NCBI GenBank assembly: GCA_030670905.1
Contig: DAOVAR010000002.1
Span: 1 to 52,380 of the forward strand
DNA from: Candidatus Bipolaricaulota bacterium
GTDB lineage: Bacteria > Bipolaricaulota > Bipolaricaulia > UBA7950 > UBA9294
DNA length: 52,380 bases
Direction of reading: 5' to 3'
Position numbers and translations under genes: made by a program. Below, in pieces: positions 35,332 to 44,116 of this stretch. Positions within the stretch are counted from its first letter, which is position 1. Every line of letters starts with the position of its first letter. The notes beneath the pieces are model-generated. The model worked only from the letters and a program-made list of their open reading frames with translations, was not told the DNA's origin and did no database searches.

Positions 35332-36117
35332 ATGGAACCATTTAAAGTTGAGAAACCGCTTATTGGAATGATTCACCTAGCTCCGCTGCCAGGGAGTTAT
35401 TGCTATGCTGGTGGAGGGGTAAAACCGATTATTGACGCCGCATTACGTGATCTTGATACGTTGGAGCGGGGCGGAGCCGATGCAGGACTTGTGGAGAACC
35501 TTCGTGATACGCCGTTTGCCAAATATGCTTCTAGGGAAACGTTTGCCGCGATGACAGTAGTGGTTCAAGAGGTAGTAAGAAGAGCAAGTATTCCAATAGG
35601 TGTAAATGTTCTTCGAAACGACGGGCTTGCGGCTCTCTCGATTGCTGCCGCTACTGGAGCCCTGTTTCTTCGGATAAACGTGTACTGTGGGGTTGCGTTT
35701 ACCGATCAAGGGCCAATTGAAGGAGAGGCGCATGCCTTGCTGGAGCTACGGAAACGACTTGGCTGCAATGTCAAAATTCTTGCCGATATACTAGTGAAAC
35801 ATGCTTCCCATCTGTCCACAGTGGAAGAGGCGGTACTAGACACGGCGAGGAATCTACCTGATGCGCTGGTTGTCTCTGGAATTGGCACAGGAAAGCGAAC
35901 CGCGCCAGAGGATCTGCAAGTGGCAAAACAGTCAACTTCTCTGTCAGTACTTGTTGGAAGCGGGGTAAGGATCGATAATCTGTTTACCTACGGCGAAGCG
36001 GATGGGTTCATCGTTGGATCTGCTCTTAAGGAAGAAGGAGAAGCAACCGCACCGGTTGACTTGGAACGTGTGCGCGAGCTAGCCGAGGCAGTAGTAAGAC
36101 TTCGTGAGACGGACTGA
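35332..36117 (+). CDS. BtpA/SgcQ-family TIM-barrel protein
   Basis: It has the PLIGMIHLAPLPGS N-terminal signature. ATG at 35332 is preferred over the ORF-track TTG at 35293. Confidence 0.7.
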   Translation: MEPFKVEKPLIGMIHLAPLPGSYCYAGGGVKPIIDAALRDLDTLERGGADAGLVENLRDTPFAKYASRETFAAMTVVVQEVVRRASIPIGVNVLRNDGLAALSIAAATGALFLRINVYCGVAFTDQGPIEGEAHALLELRKRLGCNVKILADILVKHASHLSTVEEAVLDTARNLPDALVVSGIGTGKRTAPEDLQVAKQSTSLSVLVGSGVRIDNLFTYGEADGFIVGSALKEEGEATAPVDLERVRELAEAVVRLRETD

Positions 36118-36316
36118 TCTTAGTCAGTACGCTGCTCACTCCCATATTGTGGCGTCACCGCTATCTCATCATTGTCGCTGGTGGGCGTTTCATTCTCATT
36201 GAAACCTTTACAATCTGGCCTTTGTCGCTTACTTAATAGATAGCGGATGTAAGCCAACTTGCCCTCACTAAACATGTTTGCTATCAAGAAGCAAGAGTGA
36301 CGGCTGGAGGAGAAAT

Positions 36317-37144
36317 ATGCCTGAACTGCCTGAACTGGAGGTGTTGAAGGAGGTTTTGGAGCGTCGGGTCGTTGGTCGTGAGATTGGCATGGTACGTATA
36401 TTGCGCCCAGGGGTCCTAAGCATGGGAGGAGTGCCAGTTGAGGCATTGAATGGTAACTTGTTTAGTGAAGTCTCTCGTAGGGGGAAGCACCTTGTCCTTT
36501 CAGCTGGGAGAGACTTGCACATGGTCATTCATCTTATGACCGCTGGACGGTTGATCATTTGCCGCGGCAACACACGGGCGACTAAGGCTACGAGCCTGAT
36601 AGTTGCCTTCTCAGACGGTAAGGATCTGCGGCTGGTCGAAAACGGTCCAGTCAAACTAGTGCAGGTGCATATGGTGAAAGATCCTCTACAGGTAAAGCGA
36701 ATAGCACAACAGGGGATTGAACCCCTCAGCTCCGCGCTTACTACAGTTGCGCTAAATGATATGGTGGCAAAGCGTCGTCGACAGGCGAAGAGGCTTCTTA
36801 CCGATCAACAGATGATCGCGGGGATCGGTAGTACCTATGCTGACGAAATCCTGTTCGATGCCAAGATCTCTCCTGTTCGCTATGTGAATACCCTTTGTTC
36901 TATGGAGATAGAACAGTTGCGCCGATCGATAACAAAGGTCTTGGAGAATGCAATTGAGCAGATTCGCATTCGCATTGGAGACAGTTTGTTTACCGATGAA
37001 GTTCGCGATTTCATGCGGGTGTACAAACGCACCGGACAGGCGTGTCTGGTTTGTGGAACCAAGATAGCAGAAATCCGCTACGCTAATACTCGCACCTACT
37101 ATTGCGCTAGGTGCCAAGGAAGCAGGAAAAACACTCTCCATTAA
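36317..37144 (+). CDS. mutM: Formamidopyrimidine-DNA glycosylase (Fpg/Nei family)
   Basis: The N-terminus MPELPELEV carries the catalytic Pro2/Glu3, and the C-terminal zinc finger is CLVCGTKI...YYCARCQ. ATG at 36317 follows a GGAGGA Shine-Dalgarno. Confidence 0.88.
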   Translation: MPELPELEVLKEVLERRVVGREIGMVRILRPGVLSMGGVPVEALNGNLFSEVSRRGKHLVLSAGRDLHMVIHLMTAGRLIICRGNTRATKATSLIVAFSDGKDLRLVENGPVKLVQVHMVKDPLQVKRIAQQGIEPLSSALTTVALNDMVAKRRRQAKRLLTDQQMIAGIGSTYADEILFDAKISPVRYVNTLCSMEIEQLRRSITKVLENAIEQIRIRIGDSLFTDEVRDFMRVYKRTGQACLVCGTKIAEIRYANTRTYYCARCQGSRKNTLH

Positions 37145-37322
37145 CGCTTCTCAGCGGTTGAGGCTCATCCTTCTGCCGTACGCCAGGTGCTACTAGCCGT
37201 GTTGACATACGATATAGAATGAGCCTCATCATTAGATTACTAGGGCTTGCCTCTCGGCTACACTATCTAGCTATAAGCCTCTCTTACAACCGAAGATCCA
37301 GCGCAAAGTGTGGCCTCTTCCG

Positions 37323-38699
37323 TCAACCTTGCCGATACAGCAGCGGCATGTAGTCATGCAAATCACTGAATTCATCAATCTTAAGGGTGGCTTGGAGAAG
37401 TTCGTTCAGTTGATCCTCTGGCAATGCTTGTTCAGCATTAGCCTGGAATTTAGCGATCAGCTCCTGGTTTGATAAGGGCCTTTCTGCTCGTCCCTTGGCA
37501 TGGTCTTCTTGTTTGCTGTAGGTTTCCCAATTCTTGGTCTTGATGCTCACAATTGCTCGTTTCACTTTGGGGAAAAGCTTATCGATCTGTGGGTTGGCAA
37601 CAACCTTTATCTTAGGTAAGAGTTCCCGCACGGATGGGTCCTTGAGCGCGGCATCTTCGAAATCGGATGGAAGGACGTTTTTCTTTGCTATTGCGACTGC
37701 GATGCAGTAAGGAAGAGAATGATCAGCGGTTTCTTTTGTCGTTGGATTATACTTGCTTGGATCGGACAGGATGTCTGCTCCCCGCGTCGTTGTTTCCACA
37801 ATTACTTCACTTACGTTGTGAGGATTGATCTTGTGTTCTTCTACCAGCGCAAGGGTTGCCGTAATTGGCTGATGGGTGAGAGCCTCGGTGGGAAATGCCT
37901 TATACCCGCACTCGGTAATGAGGAATCTCTTCCCAAGCTCGTCGAACAATGTATCGGGATCCCACTTTACATTGGAGAGTACTTCAAAGAGTCCTTCCTT
38001 TCCTTCAAATACCTCTGTTGGCCCGGAGTAGCCGGTTCTTGCTAGCATTGCTGCTCTGACACCTGCTTCCGTTGCCATTGGGTCGGCCGCGTTCTTCATA
38101 TTCGTTAGTTGTCCAGCAACGACGCCTCCAAGGGTAAAATGGCTCGATCCACTTATTCCTACCGCCGCCACTAATTCGTCCTCAGATAAGCCAAGCATCC
38201 GCCCGGCCACCAGCGGGCTGACAAATTGCGTAAGTGTTGCATGGTGCCAGCCAACCTCACGAATGCCTGGATTGGCAACCAAACACATCCGCATTTCAAG
38301 TTCGTAGGCAATAACAATTCCTACGATCAGGTCTTTCCCGCCCGCTCCTTGGTACTCTGCTGGAGCAAGGGCCGCCGAGATGATGTCAGATGGATGTGAG
38401 GGATCTTGCTTCCAATAGATGTCGTTGTAATCCATGGCGCGGATAAGCAGTGCATTCATGAGCGCAGCATTAGGCATGTTGGTGTGGGTTCCATGACCGA
38501 TGATGGACGCTTGAGCCGTTCCTCCGAGCGCTTGAATATAGCTGTAGGCTGCCTGCATATCTGTGTTATTGAGCGCAGCAAGCGCGCAACCGATACTGTC
38601 GAGAAGGAAACGCTTTGCCTCTTTTTGCGCTTTCTTTGGGATTTCCTCAAAGGAGAGAGCGCCAGCAAATTGTGCCATCCTGCGGCTGATTGATTCCAT
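37323..38699 (-). CDS. MmgE/PrpD-family protein (2-methylcitrate dehydratase-like)
   Basis: 458 aa with typical PrpD-family length and N-terminal layout (FAGALSFEEIPKKAQKEAKRFLLDSIGCALAA). Its AGGAGG Shine-Dalgarno overlaps the stop of the upstream gene. Confidence 0.75.
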   Translation of the reverse strand: MESISRRMAQFAGALSFEEIPKKAQKEAKRFLLDSIGCALAALNNTDMQAAYSYIQALGGTAQASIIGHGTHTNMPNAALMNALLIRAMDYNDIYWKQDPSHPSDIISAALAPAEYQGAGGKDLIVGIVIAYELEMRMCLVANPGIREVGWHHATLTQFVSPLVAGRMLGLSEDELVAAVGISGSSHFTLGGVVAGQLTNMKNAADPMATEAGVRAAMLARTGYSGPTEVFEGKEGLFEVLSNVKWDPDTLFDELGKRFLITECGYKAFPTEALTHQPITATLALVEEHKINPHNVSEVIVETTTRGADILSDPSKYNPTTKETADHSLPYCIAVAIAKKNVLPSDFEDAALKDPSVRELLPKIKVVANPQIDKLFPKVKRAIVSIKTKNWETYSKQEDHAKGRAERPLSNQELIAKFQANAEQALPEDQLNELLQATLKIDEFSDLHDYMPLLYRQG

Positions 38700-38708
38700 A
38701 TTAACCTC

Positions 38709-39827
38709 CTATTGGATAGCAGCAGCTATTGCCTCAGCCATCTCTATTGTGGATGAACTGCCGCCCATATCATAAGTACGAACACGCCCTTCAGCGATCA
38801 CAAATTCTATTGCGTGTTCAACTTGTTGTGCCTTTTCTTTTTCAGTGAGGTAGTCAAGCATCATCTTGGCAGCACGGATTGTTGCAATGGGATTGACTTT
38901 GTGCTGTCCAGCGTACTTGGGAGCTGAGCCATGTGTTGGCTCGAATAAAGCGAAGTTGTCACCTATGTTCCCCGCAGAGGCAAATCCAAGCCCGCCTACA
39001 AGTTGTGCTGCAAGGTCAGATATGATGTCTCCGAAAAGATTTGTCGCGACGAGGATGCTGTAGTTCTGAGGGTTTTTCACTAACCACATGCACATTGCAT
39101 CAATATTCGCTTTGCCCAGGGTAATCTCAGGGTAATCCCGCGCGATTCGATGTGCCTCGCGGATCATCAACCCCGAGGTTTCACGAATAACGTTTGGTTT
39201 TTCCACCACTGTAACTGAGGTATAACCGTGTTTCTTGGCGTATTCAAAGGCATCACGGGCAATTGCTTGGCATGCTGCGCGGGTGAAGAGACGAACCGAT
39301 ACGGCTATGTCTTCGTTTGCTGTGTTATTGAATCGCCGCATCTTAGGATGGGTATTGAGCGCTTCTCGCACCTGTTCCGGAAGGGGGTGAAACTCAATAC
39401 CAGCGTACAGCCCTTCGGTATTCTCGCGAAAGACGACAAGATCGATGTCATCACGTAGGTTGAGTGAGTTCCCTGGGTAGGCTTTGCAGGGTCGCAGATT
39501 GGTGTGTAGGTTGAACAGCTGTCTCAGCGCCACAATGGGGCTGGAGTAGCTGAGTCCCTTCCCTTGCAGTTTAGGCGATAGTTCTGCCGCGGCCTCATCC
39601 TTGGGCTTGGAGGTGATCGCACCAAACATGCAGGCATTTGTCGATTTCAACAGGCTAATTGTCCGTTCTGGCAATGGGTTTCCCTCTGTTCTCCAGAACT
39701 TCCAACCCACGTCCCCGTGAATGTATTCGGCATCTAATCCAACCTTGTCTAGTACGATTCTTGCTGCTTCGAGTACCTCGCTGCCAACGCCGTCGCCTGG
39801 AAGCCAGGAAATCCTGTATTTTGCCAT
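38709..39827 (-). CDS. Isocitrate/isopropylmalate-dehydrogenase-family oxidative decarboxylase
   Basis: LPGDGVGSEV, LRQLFNLHTNLRP, RENTEGLY, NLFGDIISDLAA and HGSAP motifs are present. ATG at 39827 follows an AGGGGGA Shine-Dalgarno. Confidence 0.82.
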   Translation of the reverse strand: MAKYRISWLPGDGVGSEVLEAARIVLDKVGLDAEYIHGDVGWKFWRTEGNPLPERTISLLKSTNACMFGAITSKPKDEAAAELSPKLQGKGLSYSSPIVALRQLFNLHTNLRPCKAYPGNSLNLRDDIDLVVFRENTEGLYAGIEFHPLPEQVREALNTHPKMRRFNNTANEDIAVSVRLFTRAACQAIARDAFEYAKKHGYTSVTVVEKPNVIRETSGLMIREAHRIARDYPEITLGKANIDAMCMWLVKNPQNYSILVATNLFGDIISDLAAQLVGGLGFASAGNIGDNFALFEPTHGSAPKYAGQHKVNPIATIRAAKMMLDYLTEKEKAQQVEHAIEFVIAEGRVRTYDMGGSSSTIEMAEAIAAAIQ

Positions 39828-40064
39828 TCTTTCCCCCTTCTTGCTGTCGGTAGTCAGCAATTATATAGGTTTTCCGGTTAGAGCAAAACAGGAGATTAGA
39901 AATCAAAGAATTACGAGGCTAAGAGAGGAGACAGTAGCGAGCGATACGTCGTGAGATAGGCGGTCCTACACTGGGATTTCTCTTTGCACTGTCGATGAGT
40001 CATCTCCTCCGTCGAATCTTTAGAGATGTTTGGGCAATCAATAATATGGCCTCATCTTTCCTTT

Positions 40065-40928
40065 CTATTCTTTACGGAAGGATCGCGTTTTCTTCAAGTT
40101 CATTTGGTCGGCATGAGCTTTCCCGTCGATCTCTTTTGGGGTTTCCAGGATGAATGGAAGGCCACGAAGAGCATTGTGGTTGACGATCAAGGAAAAGGCG
40201 CGCTCTCCAATTTCACCTTGGCCGATGTGGGCGTGGCGGTCACGGCAGGACCCAAGCGGGAACTTGGAGTCGTTCAAGTGAATGAGCTCTAGCCGGCTGA
40301 GACCGATTTCCCGATCGAATGAAGTAAGTGTCTGTTCCAGCCCTTGCGGTGTGCGTAGCTCATAACCGGCACCAAAGGCATGACAGGTATCAAGGCAGAT
40401 CCCGACGCGGCTTGCATCTGAGAGACCATCAATGATCGCTCCGATCTCGGGGAAGCCTGTTCCCATTGTTGTTCCAGCTCCAGCGGTGTCCTCAAGAAGA
40501 AGCCTTATACTCGGGTATCGTGAGAAGCTCTCTGAGGCAAGAACTCGGTCGAGTGCAGTAATGATGCGGGCAATTCCTGCTTCTGTCCCGCTCCCCTTGT
40601 GCGCCCCGAGGTGTGTGACCAGCTGATCGATGTTCAGTATTCCTGCGCGCCTGATCTCCTCTTCTAAGGCGGCAATTGAGCGTTCAAAGAGGAATATGTC
40701 GGGGCTTGCCAGGTTCAATAGGTACATTGTGTGAATGACGATGTACTCTACCGATGAGCCTGCAAGTCGCTCTTGAAATAGGGCTGCCGCCTTATCGGTG
40801 ATCTCCTTCATTCGCCACGAAGAAGCGTTGTGGGAGAAGATTTGTACAGCGTTTATGCCAAGCTCTTCCGCGGCGGCAAGTGCACCGGTGAACCCATTCG
40901 CGATTGATAGGTGACAGCCAAGGAGCAT
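40065..40928 (-). CDS. nfo: Endonuclease IV (AP endonuclease family 2)
   Basis: It has the GCHLSIANGF N-terminus and the metal-site motifs HLNDSK and DRHAHIGQGEIG. Confidence 0.88.
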   Translation of the reverse strand: MLLGCHLSIANGFTGALAAAEELGINAVQIFSHNASSWRMKEITDKAAALFQERLAGSSVEYIVIHTMYLLNLASPDIFLFERSIAALEEEIRRAGILNIDQLVTHLGAHKGSGTEAGIARIITALDRVLASESFSRYPSIRLLLEDTAGAGTTMGTGFPEIGAIIDGLSDASRVGICLDTCHAFGAGYELRTPQGLEQTLTSFDREIGLSRLELIHLNDSKFPLGSCRDRHAHIGQGEIGERAFSLIVNHNALRGLPFILETPKEIDGKAHADQMNLKKTRSFRKE

Positions 40929-41239
40929 CAGATCTCCCTTTTCAGTGAACCTTTCTTGGTACCTCGCTGCTAACGCCGCTAGCTCGAAGTTGGGTAATCC
41001 TGCATTCCGTCATTTTCTTTTCCTTCCGCTACTACTTATTATATGGTCTTCTTGGGGGAGACCATCAGCGCTCTGTCTCCGCATAAGGGCACACCTGCGC
41101 TAATTCATGAGGCTAGCATTTTCTGGATCTTAGGTTGAAATCTCGCGGGAGATCTGCAAGAATTTGTCATGATTTTGCGTTTATTTAAGTAGGGTTGATT
41201 GCTAGCTGAATGCCGTCGTGTCAGATACGGCAATAGAAA

Positions 41240-44116
41240 TTGTGCAATGGAGGCATACAACCCGTGTCGGTAGAGCGGTATTTCCTTGGTTGGGACGCAC
41301 CAGCAACCACAAAAGTATGTGCCTTCTTGTTGCGTTTGCCGTCTTTAAGCTCAGCTGATCTGAAGAACAAGCTAATCGTTGTCCCCACACGTCAGGCAGG
41401 AAGACGATTAAGGGGGGCGCTAGCGTTACATTGTGCAGCTCGGCAGACAGCGATACTATCCCCTCAAGTTGTAACCCCAACTTTCCTATTACATTCGGAT
41501 AACCCACCGGCACATGTAGCGAACCAGGCAGAGATAAGAGCGGTCTGGGCTGAAACGTTGCTAGAGATTGATCCAAATGAATACGCTGGAGTTTTCTCTG
41601 CTTACCCGCCGACCCAGGATTTCGCCTGGGCGATGCATACTGGCAATATGATTCAAGAGTTGCGTAGCAGGCTTGCTGATGGAGGACATCAAATAGCGGA
41701 TGTGCAAAGAGAGCTTGGCAGCCTTGTCCAGGAACCAGAGCGCTGGAAGAACTTGGCAAGGCTAGAGGGAGCCTATCTTGAGAGCCTTCGGGAACTTGAC
41801 CGATTGGATCCTCTTGAACTCATGATTCAACAGGCCGAAAAACCAAGGCTTCCAGAGAGAATCGAGACAGTAGTCATAGCTGGTGTTCCTGATCCTACAC
41901 CGCTTGTGCTTCAAGCGTTGGGGCATCTCGCGGAACAGATTACTATCATTGTTTTGGTGCACGCCCCAGAAAACCTGAATGACCATTTTGATAGTTGGGG
42001 GCGGCCTATTACAGGAAAGTGGCGAAAGGCTCAAATTGATATTCCTGATGCGAGTGCAAATATCATCCTTACAGGCTCCCCAACCCTGCAGAGTAGTAAG
42101 GTTCTGGAAGTGTTGGCTGCAGAGGTTGGTAGGTTTGGTCCAAATGACGTTGCTCTTGGTGTTCCAGATCGTAGCGTAAGCTCGTTCCTGGCAGCTGATC
42201 TGGCTGATAAGGGACTGAGTACGTTTGATCCTGCAGGGAAGACTCTTAGGGAGCATCCAGTGTACCAGCTTCTCGAAGCGTTCTGGATGCTTGCTAATGA
42301 TAGTAACTATGCCGCTCTTAGTGGTTTCTTACGGCAGAGTGATGTTCTCAGGTTTCTGCAAGCGAGTTGTAACGTGTCCCCACGCAATCTATTGGAGGAC
42401 CTGGATGTTTTTCGCAACCGTTACCTGCCTTTAGCGCTGGAAGATGTAACGCATCGTCTGTTCTGTGAGTCAGTCAATAAGACAGAGAACAAGCAGTTTA
42501 CGGATCTTAGAAGGGCCACCGCGTTTGTCCAAGACCAGCTAGACATCTTTGAGAATAACGAACTTGACAGTGCGCTGCGCTCACTGCTGCAAGCTGTATA
42601 CAAAGCGCGCAGCATCGATCCTAACGATCCGGAAGATAAGGAGTTCATAGCAGTGGCAAGACTGGTTGAGGGCACGCTTAACCAGCTCGTGGATGAGGTC
42701 ATTGCTGGAATTGGTTTGAAGAAAAGGAGCGCATTTGAGCTGTTGCTTAGCAGGTTAGGAGAACAGTCTTACTATCCAGAAAGAGGTGATGCCGTCATCG
42801 ATCTGGAGGGATGGCTTGAATTACCTTGGAACGATGCTCCATTGCTGATAGTCACGGGGATGAACGATGGATTAGTCCCCGATAGTCAGCCGAGTGACGT
42901 GTTCCTGCCGGATTCGCTTCGAAATGAACTGGGGCTGCGACATGATGAAGATCGGCTGGCAAGGGATGTCTACTTGATGACTGAACTCATCGAGTCGCGG
43001 AGAGAAAAGGGCCGTGCTTGTTTTATCGCTGGCAAGCGAAGCAATACAGGTGACCCATTGAAACCATCGCGCTTGTTTTTCCATTGCGCCGATGAGGCTT
43101 TGCCTGAACGGGCGCAACGACTTCTCACCGTACCCGAGGAGAAGCGAGCCAGTCATCCATCAACGGTCAGTTTCTTGCTCGATGTTACTCCCCCAGCCGA
43201 CGTCTCGAGTGACCGCATGCGGTTAGAAGAGTTGCCGGTTAGTAGATTCAAAGATTACTTGCAATGTCCTTTCCGTTTTTACCTGAGCCGCATCCTTGAA
43301 ATGGAAGAACCAAAAGAAAAGCGAGAGATGGATCCGCTAGATTTTGGCCTATTGGTGCATGAAGCGCTTCACAAGATGGGCAAGAGCGCTGAGATGCGCA
43401 ATTGTGAAAATAGCCGGCGGCTAAGTAACTTTCTTTGTACCCAAGCCAAGAACTGGGTTGTGAAACGCTTTGGGCCAACACCGCCATTACAGGTGGAGAT
43501 CCAGCTTGAGGCGGCAAAACAGCGCCTTAACGCCGCAGCGCACGTTCAGGGCGAGCTGGTCGCAGATGGGTGGGAAATTCTGGAATCTGAGATGGAGATC
43601 GAAGGACAATTTGGTGGCGTGGCCGTCCGAGGACGAATTGATCGGATCGATCAACACCGTAAGACAGGCCGCATAAGAATTATAGATTACAAGACTTCAG
43701 ACCAATCACAGGTGCCGGAGAAAGCCCATCTTGGTCCTCTTTCGTCTGTGGTAAGAGACTACGCCAAGGTTAAGGTTGGCAAGGGAGAGAAGCGTTGGCT
43801 TGACCTTCAGTTGCCTCTTTATGAACTGTTGCTTCCAAATGGGGAATTCCGAGGCGGGATGCAGGTAGGCTACTTCAATCTGCCAAAAGCCATAAAGGAT
43901 ACCAGGATGGTTTTTTGGGACAGTCTTGACGATGAGCTTTTGCAAGCAGCAAGGATATGCGCTGAGGGTGTTGTCGAAGATATAAGACACCACAGGTTCT
44001 GGCCACCAGCGCTGAAAGTTGAGTATGATCGGTTCGCAAGCCTATTCCATGCCGAGATTGGCGACTGTGTGAATGTGCGTGCTTTCAAAGAGTTCTTGGA
44101 GAAGCAGGCAACATGA
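41240..44116 (+). CDS. AddB-like PD-(D/E)xK nuclease subunit with a degenerate helicase-like N-terminus
   Basis: 958 aa. There is no intact Walker A (VVPTRQAGRRL). The C-terminal nuclease core is GRIDRIDQ...IRIIDYKTS...LQLPLY. The start is uncertain (TTG 41240 or GTG 41264). It overlaps the downstream helicase gene by 4 nt. Confidence 0.75.
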   Translation: MCNGGIQPVSVERYFLGWDAPATTKVCAFLLRLPSLSSADLKNKLIVVPTRQAGRRLRGALALHCAARQTAILSPQVVTPTFLLHSDNPPAHVANQAEIRAVWAETLLEIDPNEYAGVFSAYPPTQDFAWAMHTGNMIQELRSRLADGGHQIADVQRELGSLVQEPERWKNLARLEGAYLESLRELDRLDPLELMIQQAEKPRLPERIETVVIAGVPDPTPLVLQALGHLAEQITIIVLVHAPENLNDHFDSWGRPITGKWRKAQIDIPDASANIILTGSPTLQSSKVLEVLAAEVGRFGPNDVALGVPDRSVSSFLAADLADKGLSTFDPAGKTLREHPVYQLLEAFWMLANDSNYAALSGFLRQSDVLRFLQASCNVSPRNLLEDLDVFRNRYLPLALEDVTHRLFCESVNKTENKQFTDLRRATAFVQDQLDIFENNELDSALRSLLQAVYKARSIDPNDPEDKEFIAVARLVEGTLNQLVDEVIAGIGLKKRSAFELLLSRLGEQSYYPERGDAVIDLEGWLELPWNDAPLLIVTGMNDGLVPDSQPSDVFLPDSLRNELGLRHDEDRLARDVYLMTELIESRREKGRACFIAGKRSNTGDPLKPSRLFFHCADEALPERAQRLLTVPEEKRASHPSTVSFLLDVTPPADVSSDRMRLEELPVSRFKDYLQCPFRFYLSRILEMEEPKEKREMDPLDFGLLVHEALHKMGKSAEMRNCENSRRLSNFLCTQAKNWVVKRFGPTPPLQVEIQLEAAKQRLNAAAHVQGELVADGWEILESEMEIEGQFGGVAVRGRIDRIDQHRKTGRIRIIDYKTSDQSQVPEKAHLGPLSSVVRDYAKVKVGKGEKRWLDLQLPLYELLLPNGEFRGGMQVGYFNLPKAIKDTRMVFWDSLDDELLQAARICAEGVVEDIRHHRFWPPALKVEYDRFASLFHAEIGDCVNVRAFKEFLEKQAT

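Noticed and set aside
37158-37229. The 10-bp inverted repeat tgaggctcat / atgagcctca with a 50-nt loop, downstream of fpg and of the convergent PrpD-family gene
   Set aside because: The stem is real, but the loop is too long and there is no U-tract. It shows no similarity to the repeat families elsewhere in the window. This is insufficient to call a terminator or an element.
41202-41759. A 185-aa minus-strand ORF overlapping the 5' end of the AddB-like gene
   Set aside because: It is antisense to a gene with clear family features. It has no motif and no Shine-Dalgarno, and it would leave the AddB-like N-terminus (ERYFLGWDAP...) unexplained.
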